From Prasinococcaceae sp. CCMP 1430 (taxonomy: Eukaryota; Plantae; Prasinodermophyta), in the NCBI GenBank assembly GCA_013416795.1, contig RQSC01000022.1, forward strand, positions 156,926-220,925: a stretch of 64,000 bases of DNA, given 5' to 3'. Below are positions 44,320 through 56,681 of the stretch, one piece after another. The notes beneath the pieces are model-generated. The model searched no databases and was not told the DNA's origin. It saw only the letters and a list, made by a program, of their open reading frames with translations. Position numbers and translations under genes: made by a program. Each line of letters opens with the position of its first letter. Positions within the stretch are counted from its first letter, which is position 1.

Positions 44320-47300
44320 ATGGCTCTGGCTCGTGCGGCCGCCCTCTGCGCAGCTCTGTCGCTGGCGTGTTCGCGCAGCCTCGCGGATGCCAGCGGGGGC
44401 GCGAGCGCGGCCCACGGCGACGGTGGCGCCAGCGCTGCGCCACCAGCCGCCCCAACACCCCCCTCCCCGCTGCCCTCGCCCCCGCCCGCAGGCTGGACGG
44501 GCGACACCTTCCTCGTCAGAACCGTCAGCGACGAGGCCTCGCGCATCGCGTGCGAGCAGTGCGACCTCAGGGCGCCCGACTGCCACTGCCGCGGCGTCTT
44601 CGAGCGCGTTCTCACGGGGCTCTGCGTGCGCGGCACTCAGGCCGCGATCGCAGACATGGCGCACGCGCTCGACTTCAACATCAGCTACGTCGAGTACGAC
44701 CTCGGCACGTCCCGGTGCGTGTGCCTGCGCGTGGGCGCAGTCAGCGTGCGCATGTGTGTGCGCCACTGCGCACGCGTGGTCGCGTTCCAGTGCTCGCATT
44801 CGTGTGCGTGCTCCCAGTGCCTGCGTCTGACGCAGCCGCGCCGCGCTCGCCAGGGATGCGCTCGTGACTCAGGAGGACGCGTGGTGGGGCCTTGACCGCA
44901 TCGATCAGCGTGCCTTGCCCCTTGACGGGGAGTACGCGTACGAGACGTGCGATGAGGCCGCCCCCGCCACGGACGTGTACATCTTCGATACGGGCGTCCG
45001 CTGCTCGCACATGGAATTTGACGCGCTGGCCCCCGGCGGGGCGCGCCGGTGCGTGGGTGCGTGGGACGCCTACAATCCGGGCGCGGGCGACGTTCGCGAG
45101 TGCGCGAACGCGCCGCCGGGCTCGCAGGACAGCTGCGCGCGGGACAACGACTCCCACGGCACGCACGTGGCGGCGACAGCTGCGGGCGCAAGGTGCGTCG
45201 TGCGTCCCCAACTGCGTGCTCGTCCCTTGCGTGAAGAGCGCGCGATGCGCCAAAAGAAGAAAGGACGGTGCGCGTGCACGCGAGACGCGCTGACAGTCAC
45301 GCGTGCGCGTGCGCGAGCGCCGCTCCGTCACCGCCGCGGCGTTGCCTTCGCCTCGCTCGCGAACGACAGGTGGGGTGTGGACAAGTGCGCGACCACGCGC
45401 GTGATGGCGGTCAAGGTCCTCGATGACGACGGTGCCGGCACCTTTGGCGACGTGCTGCTCGCCCTCGACTTCGTCGTCAAGCAGCGGGACGCGGGCGGCC
45501 TTTCCGAAGGAAGGAATGTGGTGGCCAGCATGTCGCTCAGCGGCGCGGGCACGCTGCAGGCGATCGACGACGCCATCCTCGCCGCGAAGCAAGAGGGAGT
45601 CCTCACCGTCGTCTCGGCCGGAAACCAGAACGGCGATGCCTGCGCGAGGACGCCCGCGCGCTCGGCCGAGGCGCTCACCGTTGGCTCCACCGACGAATGT
45701 GCGTGCGTGCAGCCAGGCGCTTCTATCCTGTCGGCTGCACCTGTGCCGCCTGGCTTCCTGGCCGATGCCCTCCTCTGACGCAACGCTCCTGTGGGCGGCA
45801 AACGACCGCGCGTCGCGCCAGCCGACGCTAGGAGCCCATTTTCGAACTACGGCAATTGCCTCCAACTGTTCGCACCTGGGAGCAACATCCGCTCGGCGTG
45901 CGCATCGGGCGACAACTGCGCGTCGACTCTCAGTGGCACTTCCATGGCGACGCCGCACGTCGCGGGCGCATTGTCGATCGCTTTGCGAGCTCGTGGTTTG
46001 CTGGTCATCGACGAGATGGCCGCCGAGAAGCTGCGCCAGGAGACCGTCGCCAACGGCGGAAGCGTGGTCACCGCGGGTATCGTGGGCGACGCCAAGTCTC
46101 CCAACAACTTGCTGCTCAGCATGGTGGGCCTTACGGGGACGCGAGCGCCCACCGCGGCGCCGACGAATGCTCCGACCGAGACCCCGACGACGGCGTTCCC
46201 CACCTCCAGTCCCGTCGAGCAGCCCACCGCATCGGATGCGCCTACGTCGACCCCCACGCCTGTGCCAACGCAGGCGCCGACGAACGTCGACTCGCTCTCC
46301 AGTTGCGTCAACAGGTGCAACCAACAGGCCCCTAGTGGTTGCTATTGTGCGTGCGCTCGCGAGCAACAGATACAAAGCGTTGCCCGCGTGAGACGTCGTG
46401 TGCGTGCGATGGGGTGCCGATGCTGGTGCGCGCGAGGTCATCGCAGGGCGGCGCGCGTGCGCATCGCGCGGCGCCGCCCCTTCTTGGCGTGCGTGCGCAG
46501 TGTGCGCACGAGCCCGCTGGTCTGTGCGCTGACGTGCGCACGTCGCGTGCGACGCGACGCACTCATGGCGACTCCGCTGGCCGGCAGGTGATGTGCAGTG
46601 TCAGATTTTCGACGACTGGTACGCAGAGACGCGCGACCTGCACGAGCGCGCAGTGCAGATGCCGACGAGCGTGCACGTGCTCACGCGCGAGGCGCACCGC
46701 GCCGCTGACCGCGTGCGCTCGCGCGTTCGCTGATCGGGTGTTCGCGTCGTCGAAGTTGCAACGACTACCAATTCGCTTGCCTCGCACCTCCGACAATTCA
46801 GCCAACGGAAGTCCCGACGATATCCCCAACGTCTCCGCCCACGAGTGCGCCCACCGTGCGACCTACGCAAGCACCGACAGGCGCGCCGACGAGCACGCCC
46901 ACCGGAGCGCCCACAGCTCTGCCGACCAGCGCCCCAATCACGATTGCTCCATCAGCGCAGCCGACGACATCGGGGCCTGCGGCGGCCGTCACGGGCACAG
47001 ACGCGCCGGCATCTGCAACGCCGTCGTCTGTCCCGACGGCGACGCCGACGGTCGCCTCGTCTCCGCCAGAGACATCGACCGCGTCACCGACCCCAACGCC
47101 GACGACACCGCCGTCAGCGTCGCCATCGGCGTCGCCGACGATGGCGCCAACCACGGCGCCGACTACGGCGTCGCCGACGATGGCGCCCACCAACCCGCTG
47201 ACCTACGCGCCCACTGGCGCACCTGTGTCGCCGCAGGCCGGATCATGCGTCGGCGGTAGTTGCGGAGGCCCCGCGCCCCAGAACTCGTGCTTCGTACGTG

Positions 47301-47918
47301 CCCGTGCCGATGCCCGGCCTCCGCGTCCGCTAGCTAGCACGAATGCGCGCGCGCGGCGTGCATCTGCGCGCACTACCGCCAGCCTGAGTGCACGACGACC
47401 TGCAGCACCGGCGTGTGGTTTGACGCGTGCCTGCTCCCGCCACGCGCAGAGGCGCCCGCATGCGCGTTTATGAAACGACGCGCGCGTGCGATGATTGCAA
47501 TGATGGCGTCTGACTACCTGGCTGACACAACACGCACAATGCTCGTCCGCAAACACTCTCGCAGTGCGACCCCATCTGCGAAACGTTCCAGGACTGCTGT
47601 CTCGACTACATCGACGTTTGCGTGGGCCTTCCACCAACAGCGGCGCCCTCGATGGCGCCGGCGCCAGAACCGACCCCTCAGCCGACGCCCACTCCGACCG
47701 ACGGCTCAGCCACGCCCGCGCCTTCCCCCGCGCCCACCACCCCGCCACCGACGCCGGCTCCCACTGCCCCGCAAGCGCCCGCGCAGGAGTCCTGCGCCGC
47801 CGCGTGCGGCGGGGTCGCCCCCGGGGGCGCCTGCTACTGCGACAGCGCCTGCCTCACGTTCCAGGACTGCTGCCAGGACGCCTGCTCGCAGTGCCCCGCG
47901 GAGGTCGGCTGCGGCTGA
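44320..47918 (+). CDS. Secreted subtilisin-like (S8, proteinase K-type) protease with three somatomedin-B-like domains and Pro/Thr-rich stalks; multi-exon
   Basis: Signal peptide, WGLDRIDQR, triad D(FDTG) H(SHGTHVA) S(SGTSMATPHVAG); SCxxxC...CYC|CD..C.TFQDCC modules; PTxAPT repeats. Confidence 0.85.
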
Positions 47919-48209
47919 CGACGACGACTGCGACGAGTCGACGACGGGGGAACGGACCCCAAACCCCCGCGCAGCGCGCCGATACCAGTTTCGCTCACGA
48001 TGTCATTACGGTTCTATTGTAGGGTTCAACGTATTTCTTCGTCAAAGCACATGCGTCATGCCGCGTTCATGGCGCGAGTGGTTTGGGTTAGCCAGAAAGT
48101 ATGCACGCAGTCCTGACCCTTTTTGTTTTTTTTTGTTTTTAGTTTTAAAATCCTCGGATTTTTATGTTTGGGGGGGAAGGCAGCAAAGTATGTACTAAGG
48201 TGGACAAAA

Positions 48210-48454
48210 AAAATCGTCGCCCTCGCCAGGCGGATGTACGCCCGCCTAAAAATCGTTCCAGCGCGCGCCGCTTGGCCAGGGCGCCCAGTTCTTTCTGGGC
48301 TATTCATAGAGACTTTCCGCACCCCCGCCGCTGCAGCGAGGCGCCGTCGGCGGGGTATGAGTAGCCTGGGTAAAACTGGGCGCACCGGCGAAGCGGCGCG
48401 CGCAGGAACGATTTTTAGGCGGGCGTACATCCGCCTGGCGAGGCGTACGATTTT
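48210..48454. mobile_element. Fold-back (MITE-like) element with ~95-bp inverted arms
   Basis: 48221-48259 cctcgccaggcggatgtacgcccgcctaaaaatcgttcc is the exact reverse complement of 48405-48443; pairing continues with a few mismatches to ~48307/48357. Confidence 0.7.
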
Positions 48455-49571
48455 AAAGTTGACCTCTGTGAGTGAAATTCATTGGATTTTTGTTTGGCGC
48501 CGGGGGAAAAAAAGGCTGCCGCGCGGCCCCGTTCCCCCTGGGCCTTCCAACGGGCGTGCGGGCCTGGACGCAGGTCAAATCGCACGCGATCGCCCCCGCG
48601 CGCGCTCCCGGGCCGCGCGCGCGCGCGCGCGAATCGAAATCTCGCGCGCGCTCGCGCGCGCGCGCCCGCGGGGGATTTCGGGCCGCGAGTTTTACAAGGG
48701 TTCGAAGGTATAGTCAATGTGAGTGTAAATGGGGCTTAGGGTTAGGATGGACCCCAAACAATCCGGATATGCTTCGGCGTGGTGGTATCGTGGATGAGGT
48801 TGGCGTTGCGGGTGCGCGCGCGGGCGCGCGCGCGGGCGCGCGCGTGCTCCCTCTCCGCCCCCTCCGACAGACGCCCACGCCCGCCAGTGGCGAGTGCGCC
48901 CCTGCACGGCGCGCAGGCTGTGGCACGCCCACTCTGCGAGTGCGTGTGTGTGCGTGTGTGTGTGCGTGCGAGCGTGTGCGTGTGTGTGCGTGTGTGTGCG
49001 TGTGTGTGTGTGTGTGTGAGTGTGTGTGTGTTCATAACCCTATTCAACCGCGAACATAACCTTAACCCTTTGCGGTCGGGCGTCCTGCAGGTGGAGCAGG
49101 GGCGTGTCTGCGTCTCGCGCACGCGCGCGCGCTCGCATGCGCACGCGCGCGCGCACACACAAGCACGCGAGCACGCGCACGCGCACGCACACGTGAGCAC
49201 GCGCACGTGCGCACGCGCTTCTGAGCACCCGCGCGCGCTGGGAGGAGACCGTCGTGGCGCGGAGAGACAAAAAATTGGGTGCGGGGGCGAGGGGTCGCAC
49301 GAGTGCGCGGACACGCCCCCCCTCCCCCGCACGGGCGTGTTTACGTGTGTGTGTGTGTGTGTGTGTGAACACTTGTGCGTGCGCGCGCGTGTGCGCGCGC
49401 GCGCGCGCGTGTGTGTGTGTGCGACAGTGCACGCCACCTTGAGGTGCGTCGCGTGGGAGTGCGGTCGCACAAAGCGCGCACACACGCTCTCTCTCTCTCA
49501 CGCACACAAGCACAGACGCACACACACGCACGCACACACTCGCGGGCAAGCTCGAGCTCGCCCCGGCGGGC

Positions 49572-50352
49572 TCACGCCTGCTCGCGGCGCTCCGCCTCCT
49601 GGCGCGCCCACGTGATGATGCTCGTGTCGGGCTTCATGTTGCCGCCCACGACGAGCACCGCCAGGCACGTCGCCATCGTCCCCCAGTAGATGGCCTGCGG
49701 GGGGCGGGAGGATGGGGGGGGTGGGGGGAGGGAGTGCACGGGAAGCGAGGCGCTGGGGGGGGGGGGGGGGGGGTGTGCACGGGAAGCGAGGCGCATGCCG
49801 CGCGTGGGCAGCGGGGGCGTCAGCCGCGCGGCGCTCGCGCAGGTGCGTGCCCATCCCCGCCACGGCCGCGCGCGCTTGGGCCGGCGCGCGCGCACGCGAA
49901 CGAGCGAGCGCACACACGCACGCACACACCGGCCCACACGCGCGCGCGCGCACGCACGCGTAAACGCGCACGCGGGTGGGATAGGAGGAAGGGTCTGCGC
50001 GCGCGCGCGCACACGCACACGCGCGGGTGTGTGCGCGCACACACACGCACACGCGCACGCGCGTGGCGCACGCGCCGTGGCGCGAACCCTAAATGAGCGC
50101 GCGACGCCCCCGCCGCTCTCGCGCGGACAGCGCCGTGCCCCGCGCGCAAGGGAGGGAGGGAGAGGGCGAGAGGGAGCGGGCCGCGCGCGCTCACCTCCCA
50201 CGACTCCGCCTTGCGGTTGACGCCCGCGACGTGCGTCTCGTTGTACAGCACGCCGCCGCTCTCCTTGAGCCCCTCGGAGAAGAAGCCGCCCGGCTTGTTG
50301 ATGACGTCGCCGCTGTCGCCGCCGCCCGCGCCGTAGCGCCGCCGCGGGCCCT
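49572..50352 (-). CDS. NDUFB11: Mitochondrial complex I ESSS/NDUFB11-type subunit; exons ~50352-50195 and 49694-49572, first exon not identified
   Basis: RKAESWE|AIYWGTMATCLAVLVVGGNMKPDTSIITWARQEAERR fits the plant ESSS pattern RK.E.WE...G.N.KPD.SI.TWA...A..R. Confidence 0.7.
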
Positions 50353-50533
50353 GCGGGCGCGGGCGGGCGTGTCCGCGCGCGCGCACGCCGCGCGCACGCT
50401 AGTAGTGCGCACTGCACATTAGGCCCTTACGTATGCCCCCCCCACCTCCCCCCGAGCTGGGGGTGCGTCGTACGTATGCGTGTTAGAAGAGGACTTCACG
50501 TTACCACACCTTTTTTTTTGACATCCTCTGCGC

Positions 50534-51511
50534 TCACGCGCCGTCGCCCTCCCCGCGCGCGAGGATGGCGTGCACGCCGTTGCAGTGCGCCGCGCCCAGC
50601 ACGGCCACCACCGTGCGCTCGCTGCCGCCATCGCCGCCGCCGCCCGCGGCGCCCTCGACCGCCTGCGCCTCGGCGACGCACGCCTCATGTATCTTGGCCG
50701 CGAGGATCTCGTTGCGCTTGCGCAGGAGCGCCGTCATGCCGACGCGGCTCACCAGCAGGATCTGCGCCACCTCGAGCGCGAGCACGAGCGCCTCGGCGCC
50801 CACGCCCGAGGGCATGCTGTCCGAGAACGCGGGCACCCACGCGGGCGCGAGCGCGAGCGCGCCGAACCAGCCCAGGACGAACGCCGCCGTCTTGGGCGCC
50901 TTGAGCAGCAGCGCCGCGGGGTAGCGGATGAGCGTCACCGGCGCGGTGAGCACGAGCCGCGGGTCCAGCAGGTCGGTCGCCCGCAGCCCGTCGGCGCCCG
51001 AGCTGAAGAAGGACTCCTCGGCGCCCTCGGTGAGGTCCCTGGCCACGCGCACCCAGCCGCCCTCGTGCGGGCTGAGCAGGTCCGCCACCGTGCGCTTGGC
51101 CTCCGCTTTGAGCGCCCCGCCGAGCTCCTCGATGCCCTGGTCGCCGAGCACGAGCTTCGCGCCGTACTTCTCGCACGCGTCGGCCGCGGCCTGCATCTCG
51201 TTGGTGAGCAGGAGCCTCTTCCAGGCGCTCGCGTTCGGGTCGGCGCGCTCCTGCGCGCGCCGCCACCGCCGCTCGCACTGCTCGAGCACCACGGCGCCCA
51301 GCGCGCCGCGCTCGCCGCGCTCGGCGATCTCGCGCGTGGCGAGCGCCACCGAGTGCGGGTTGAAGTGCATGCAGCCCACCAGCACCACGTGCGTGCGCGT
51401 GCGCGGCTCGACGAAGCTCACCGTCTGCCGGAAGAGCGGGAAGAGCGGCCGCTCGCCGCCGCCGCCGCCGCCGCTGCCGCTCTCGCCGTCGCCGCCCACC
51501 GCGGCCGCCAT
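50534..51511 (-). CDS. TraB/PrgY/GumN-family protein
   Basis: VVLVGCMHFNPHS, AVVLEQCERR, NEMQAAADAC, LVLGDQ, RNEILA, VVAVLGAAHCNGV. Confidence 0.8.
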   Translation of the reverse strand: MAAAVGGDGESGSGGGGGGERPLFPLFRQTVSFVEPRTRTHVVLVGCMHFNPHSVALATREIAERGERGALGAVVLEQCERRWRRAQERADPNASAWKRLLLTNEMQAAADACEKYGAKLVLGDQGIEELGGALKAEAKRTVADLLSPHEGGWVRVARDLTEGAEESFFSSGADGLRATDLLDPRLVLTAPVTLIRYPAALLLKAPKTAAFVLGWFGALALAPAWVPAFSDSMPSGVGAEALVLALEVAQILLVSRVGMTALLRKRNEILAAKIHEACVAEAQAVEGAAGGGGDGGSERTVVAVLGAAHCNGVHAILARGEGDGA

Positions 51512-51599
51512 TCGCCGAGCCCGCGCGCGCTGGCGCGCTGGCGCGCGCGCGCGCGCAAGAGGGGGGCAGAACGAGCGCTGACGCGCCGCGCTCGCGCAG

Positions 51600-52290
51600 G
51601 CGCGCGCTCGAGGACAACGACCGCACCGCGCAGCGCCAGATGCTCACCCACTGGACGGTCTGGGGAGGCTGGATACTGGCCGAGCCCACCGCCGACCGCA
51701 TGTTCAGCGGGACGCCGTTCTACGGCCACGCCAAGCTGGCCTTCGCGATGTACCTCACCATTCCCTACTTCGAGGGCTCGGCAGCCGCGCTCAAGAGCGT
51801 GCTCGCGCCGGCGTTCCGCGCGCACCGCGACACGATTGACATGCTCGGCCGCCGCGTCGGCGGCTGGCTCGACCGCACCATGCACCGGCACGACGCCGAG
51901 CTCCGGTACGTGGGGGAGAAGATTCGCGTGGGGGCGTCGTACGCCGCGCGCGGGGCGCAGCACCTGCTGAACTCCGCCGGGAAGTACGTCCCGGAGTCGC
52001 CCGGCCGACGCCGCCGCAGGCGCCGCAGCGGCGGCGGGAATGGCGTGGCGGTCGGCGACAGCGTCGACATTTCCGACGCAGACGACGGCTGGCTCGGCAG
52101 CCTGCTCGATGCCTTCGACGGCGTGCGGGAGACCGTCGGCGGCCTCATCAGCGGCGGCGGCGGCTCCAAGGGAGGGCCCCCCGCCAACGGGAACGGGCAT
52201 GCGAACGGGAACGGACACGCGAGGGAGAACGGGAACGGACAGGCGAGCGACAAGGCGAAGGACAAGCTATTGAACGGATTCCACGACTGA
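51600..52290 (+). CDS. HVA22/TB2/DP1 (REEP-like) protein; first exon missing
   Basis: RALEDNDRTAQRQMLTHWTVWG...PFYGHAKLAFAMYLTIPYFEGS; preceded by a GCTGAC branch point and GCAG acceptor. Confidence 0.75.
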
Positions 52291-52504
52291 GTAGGCGGGG
52301 GCGCTCCGAGGCGCTCCCAGTAGCGAGCTCCGCGCGAGCTCACTCGCGCACACGAGCGAGCACGCGTGCTCGCGCAGCGTCGGCTCGCGACCGACGCGCG
52401 CGCGCGCGCGGGCGCGGGCGGGCGTACGCACTCGCGCGCGCGCGCGCACACACACACACACACACGTGCACACGCGCAGGTGCGCACGATCGGATCGCCC
52501 TGTG

Positions 52505-52593
<89 letters not shown>

Positions 52594-53829
52594 NNNNNNN
52601 NNNNNNNNNNNNNNNNNNNNNNNNNNNNNNNNNNNNNNNNNNNNNNNNNNNNNNNNNNNNNNNNNNNNNNNNNNNNNNNNNNNNNNNNNNNNNNNNNNNN
52701 NNNNNNNNNNNNNNNNNNNNNNNNNNNNNNNNNNNNNNNNNNNNNNNNNNNNNNNNNNNNNNNNNNNNNNNNNNNNNNNNNNNNNNNNNNNNNNNNNNNN
52801 NNNNNNNNNNNNNNNNNNNNNNNNNNNNNNNNNNNNNNNNNNNNNNNNNNNNNNNNNNNNNNNNNNNNNNNNNNNNNNNNNNNNNNNNNNNNNNNNNNNN
52901 NNNNNNNNNNNNNNNNNNNNNNNNNNNNNNNNNNNNNNNNNNNNNNNNNNNNNNNNNNNNNNNNNNNNNNNNNNNNNNNNNNNNNNNNNNNNNNNNNNNN
53001 NNNNNNNNNNNNNNNNNNNNNNNNNNNNNNNNNNNNNNNNNNNNNNNNNNNNNNNNNNNNNNNNNNNNNNNNNNNNNNNNNNNNNNNNNNNNNNNNNNNN
53101 NNNNNNNNNNNNNNNNNNNNNNNNNNNNNNNNNNNNNNNNNNNNNNNNNNNNNNNNNNNNNNNNNNNNNNNNNNNNNNNNNNNNNNNNNNNNNNNNNNNN
53201 NNNNNNNNNNNNNNNNNNNNNNNNNNNNNNNNNNNNNNNNNNNNNNNNNNNNNNNNNNNNNNNNNNNNNNNNNNNNNNNNNNNNNNNNNNNNNNNNNNNN
53301 NNNNNNNNNNNNNNNNNNNNNNNNNNNNNNNNNNNNNNNNNNNNNNNNNNNNNNNNNNNNNNNNNNNNNNNNNNNNNNNNNNNNNNNNNNNNNNNNNNNN
53401 NNNNNNNNNNNNNNNNNNNNNNNNNNNNNNNNNNNNNNNNNNNNNNNNNNNNNNNNNNNNNNNNNNNNNNNNNNNNNNNNNNNNNNNNNNNNGCCGGCGG
53501 CGGCGGGGCGCGCGAGTGCGCGAGTCGCCCTCCGCCTCCCAGGGGCGGCAGCAGCGGCAGCGGCCGCTCGGAGGGGGGTGCGTGCGGCGTGGCGCGTGTG
53601 CCGCGCGCGCGTACGTGCGCGTCTGTGGCCCGCGCGCGCCCAGCTTCCCGGATGGCGTACTTCGATGGGCACATCCCGTCGATTGCGAACGTCGTTTCAC
53701 CTACCCCGCCGCCAATTCAGCTCCCAATCCGCACATTTCCACGTGACACCAGCGCGACGCCAAGATTCGGTCGTATTTTCCCGTGCGTCCATTTTCGTCC
53801 CCGCTTCCGCAGGATTGAAAATTTTCGAC

Positions 53830-54204
53830 CCGAAACGGCAATCCCGGGATGAGCCGGTCGACACCCGGTTCAACTCGTCCACCCCGTCAACACCCGCTCC
53901 TTCCCCAGGTGTGTCGACGCCCCTCGGGGGTTCGACCCAGGGCGCGCTGCTCGAAAAAGGCGCGCGACATCCGAAACGACAATCCCGGGATGAGCCGGTC
54001 GACACCCGGTTCAATTCGCTCCCTCCCCGGGTGTGTCGATGCCCCTCGGGGGTTTCACCCAGGGCACGCTGCTCGAAAAAGGCGCGCGACATCCGAAACG
54101 GCAATCCCGGGCTGAGCCGGTCGACACCCGGTTCATTTCATCCACCCCGTCAACACCCGCTCCTTCCCCGGGTGTGTAGATGCCTCTCGGGGGGTTGACC
54201 CAGG
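53830..54204. repeat. Tandem satellite, 141-bp unit, about 2.8 copies
   Basis: Units start ccgaaacg(g/a)caatcccggg at 53830, 53971 and 54093; the second carries a ~19-bp deletion. Confidence 0.9.
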
Positions 54205-54678
54205 TTGCGCGCGCGCGCGCGCACTCCGATGGGACTCCGAAACTCAAACGCGGGCGGGCGCCAAAACACACACAAAAAGACGCCCTCCAAAACGTAAATT
54301 CCTTCCAAAATAGGGGCTCTCCGAAATTCTGCGCTTCGAAACGATTACAACATACGTCGATTTCAGCGCTTGGCCCAAACGACGCATTTGAAAAGAAAAA
54401 GGATGACCGATGGTTTTTCGGTGCGCGCGCCACAGCGCGCGCGCGCCGCGCTGCGGGGCGCCAGCAGGGGCCACCCCCCTCCCTCGCCCCCTCCCTCGCT
54501 CGCTCGTCGCCCGCCGCACCCGCCCTGGGCGCGCGCGCGCGGGGAACCGTCGCGGCGCGCATCGCCTCCCGCTCGAGCGCCACCCCCGGTGCGCCCGGGC
54601 GCAGCGCTAAGACCACCACCCCCTTCCTACCGGCGCACCGCTGGCGCACCGGCGCACTGCTCCGTACTCCGCGCGCAG

Positions 54679-54687
54679 AAAATATCT
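54679..54687 (+). promoter_or_regulatory. Evening element AAAATATCT about 0.5 kb upstream of DDB1
   Basis: Exact match to the CCA1/LHY-bound evening element; also on the minus strand at 63512-63520 and 63747-63755. Confidence 0.35.
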
Positions 54688-55149
54688 GCGCACTCTCCAA
54701 CCGCGCGCGCGCGCGCGCACCCGTGCCCGCGCGCCGCAGCACGCCGCGCACAAGCGAGGGGCGCCCCGTGAGGGAGCCTGCGCGGTGCAGGAGAAGTGGG
54801 TCGCCTGAGGTGAGGAGGCGAGGGCCGCGGGAGAGGGCGGGGCGGCGGGGGAAGGAGGGGGGGGGAGGGGGCAGCGTGGGCGCGGCGCCACGCGCGCTGT
54901 GGCGCCACGAGCACGCGCCAGCCGGCGGCGGCGCAGTGGGCAAAGATCTTCTCTTTTTCATTTCCGAGCGTTTACATTCACAGATTTCTGAACAAAAACA
55001 AAACACGTATAATGCTAATTTCGTATCTGAATTACCGTCATTTGAAGGGTGACCGCGGCCGGCGGCGGCGGGCGCGTCGGCAGCGCGGTCGGCTTTGGGT
55101 TGAATTTTTAGGGTTTATTTTGGTCATCGTGGCAGGGTTTATTTTGCAG

Positions 55150-56660
55150 GCGTTCGCGTTCGAACGCGGCGGGCGCGGGCGCGGGCGCGGGCGCGGGGTA
55201 CAACTATGTCGTGACGGCCGCGAAGCCGAGCGCGGTGACGCACTCGGTCGTGGGTAACTTCACCGCGCCGGGCGAGCTCAACCTGATCGTGGCCAAGTGC
55301 ACCCGCCTGGAGATCTACCTGCTCACGCCCGAGGGCCTGCAGCCGCTGCTCGACGTGCCGCTCTACGGCCGCGTGGCGGCGATGGAGCTCATCCGGCCGG
55401 CGGGCGACGCGCAGGACTCGCTCTTCCTGTCGACGGAGCGCTACAAGTTCTCCGTGCTCGGCTACGACGCGCGCTCGGGCGAGCTGGTGACCAAGGCGGC
55501 GGGCGACGCCAAGGATCGCATCGGGCGGCCGTCGGAGTTCGGCCAGAAGGGCATCGTCGACCCCGAGTGCCGCTGCATCGGCCTGCACCTGTACGACGGC
55601 ATGCTCAAGTGCATCCCCATCACCGCCGGCGGGCAGCTCAAGGAGGCGTTCAACATGCGCCTGGAGGAGCTCGAGGTGATCGACATGCAGTTCCTGCACC
55701 GCTGCGCGCGGCCCACGCTCGCGGTGCTCTACCGGGACGCGCAGGAGAAGCGCCACGTCAAGACGTACGTCCTGGACCTCGGCCAGAAGGACCTGGTGGA
55801 CGGCCCGTGGGGGCAGCACAACGTCGAGGCGAACGCATCGCTGCTCATCCCGGTGCCCATGGGCGGCGCCGTCGTCGTGGGCGAGGCGTCCGTGGGCTAC
55901 CACAACGGCGCCGAGTTCAGGATCACCAAAATCCCCTGCACCTTCATCAAGGCCGCCGGCCGCGTCGACGCGGACGGCTCGCGGTACCTGCTCTCCGACC
56001 ACCTGGGCAACCTGCAGCTGCTGGTGCTCGCGCGGCCGGGCGAGGGCGGCGGGGTGCACGGCGCGTTCCAGCCGCGCCTCGAGAAGCTCGGCACGACCTC
56101 GGCGGCGTCGACGCTGACGTACCTGGACAACGGGGTGGTGTTCGTGGGCAGCGCGCACGGCGACTCGATGCTCGTCAGGCTGTCGCGAGAGGCGAGCGCC
56201 TCCGGGTCGTACGTCGAGGTGCTGGACCGCTTCACCAACCTGGGGCCGATCGTCGACTTCCAGGTGGTGGACCTCGAGCGCCAGGGCCAGGGGCAGGTGG
56301 TGACGTGCTCGGGCGCGTACCGCGACGGCAGCCTGCGCGTGGTGCGCAACGGCGTGGGCATCAACGAGCAGGCGGCGGTGGAGCTCCCCGGCATCAAGGG
56401 CATGTGGAACCTGCGCGCGTCGGGCGCCGACGCGTACGACTCGCACCTGGTGCTCTCCTTCGTGGGCGAGACGCGCGTGCTGGCGATCGACGAGGACGAG
56501 GTGCTCGCGGAGACCGAGATCGCCGGATTCGACGCCGGCGCGCAGAGCCTGCTGTGCGCCAACGTCGCGTTCGACCAGCTCCTCCAGGTGACGGCGCGCG
56601 GCGCGCGCCTCGTGGACGCGCGCACGGGGGCGCTCGCGGCGCGGTGGGCGCCGCCCGCGG
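55150..56660 (+). CDS. DDB1: DNA damage-binding protein 1, N-terminal part
   Basis: YNYVVTAAKPSAVTHSVVGNFT...TRLEIY...DRIGRPSE.G..GIVDPECR.IGLHLYDG...FTNLGPIVDF...CSGAYRDGSLRVVRNGVGINEQA.VELPGIKGMW; breaks off at RWAPPA. Confidence 0.95.
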
Positions 56661-56681
56661 TTTTGACGGGGGGGGCAAGCA

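Noticed and set aside
48769-49460. Possible small multi-exon gene (MLRRGGIVDEVGVA...)
   Set aside because: Exons are tiny, no homology recognised and no consistent frame could be established.
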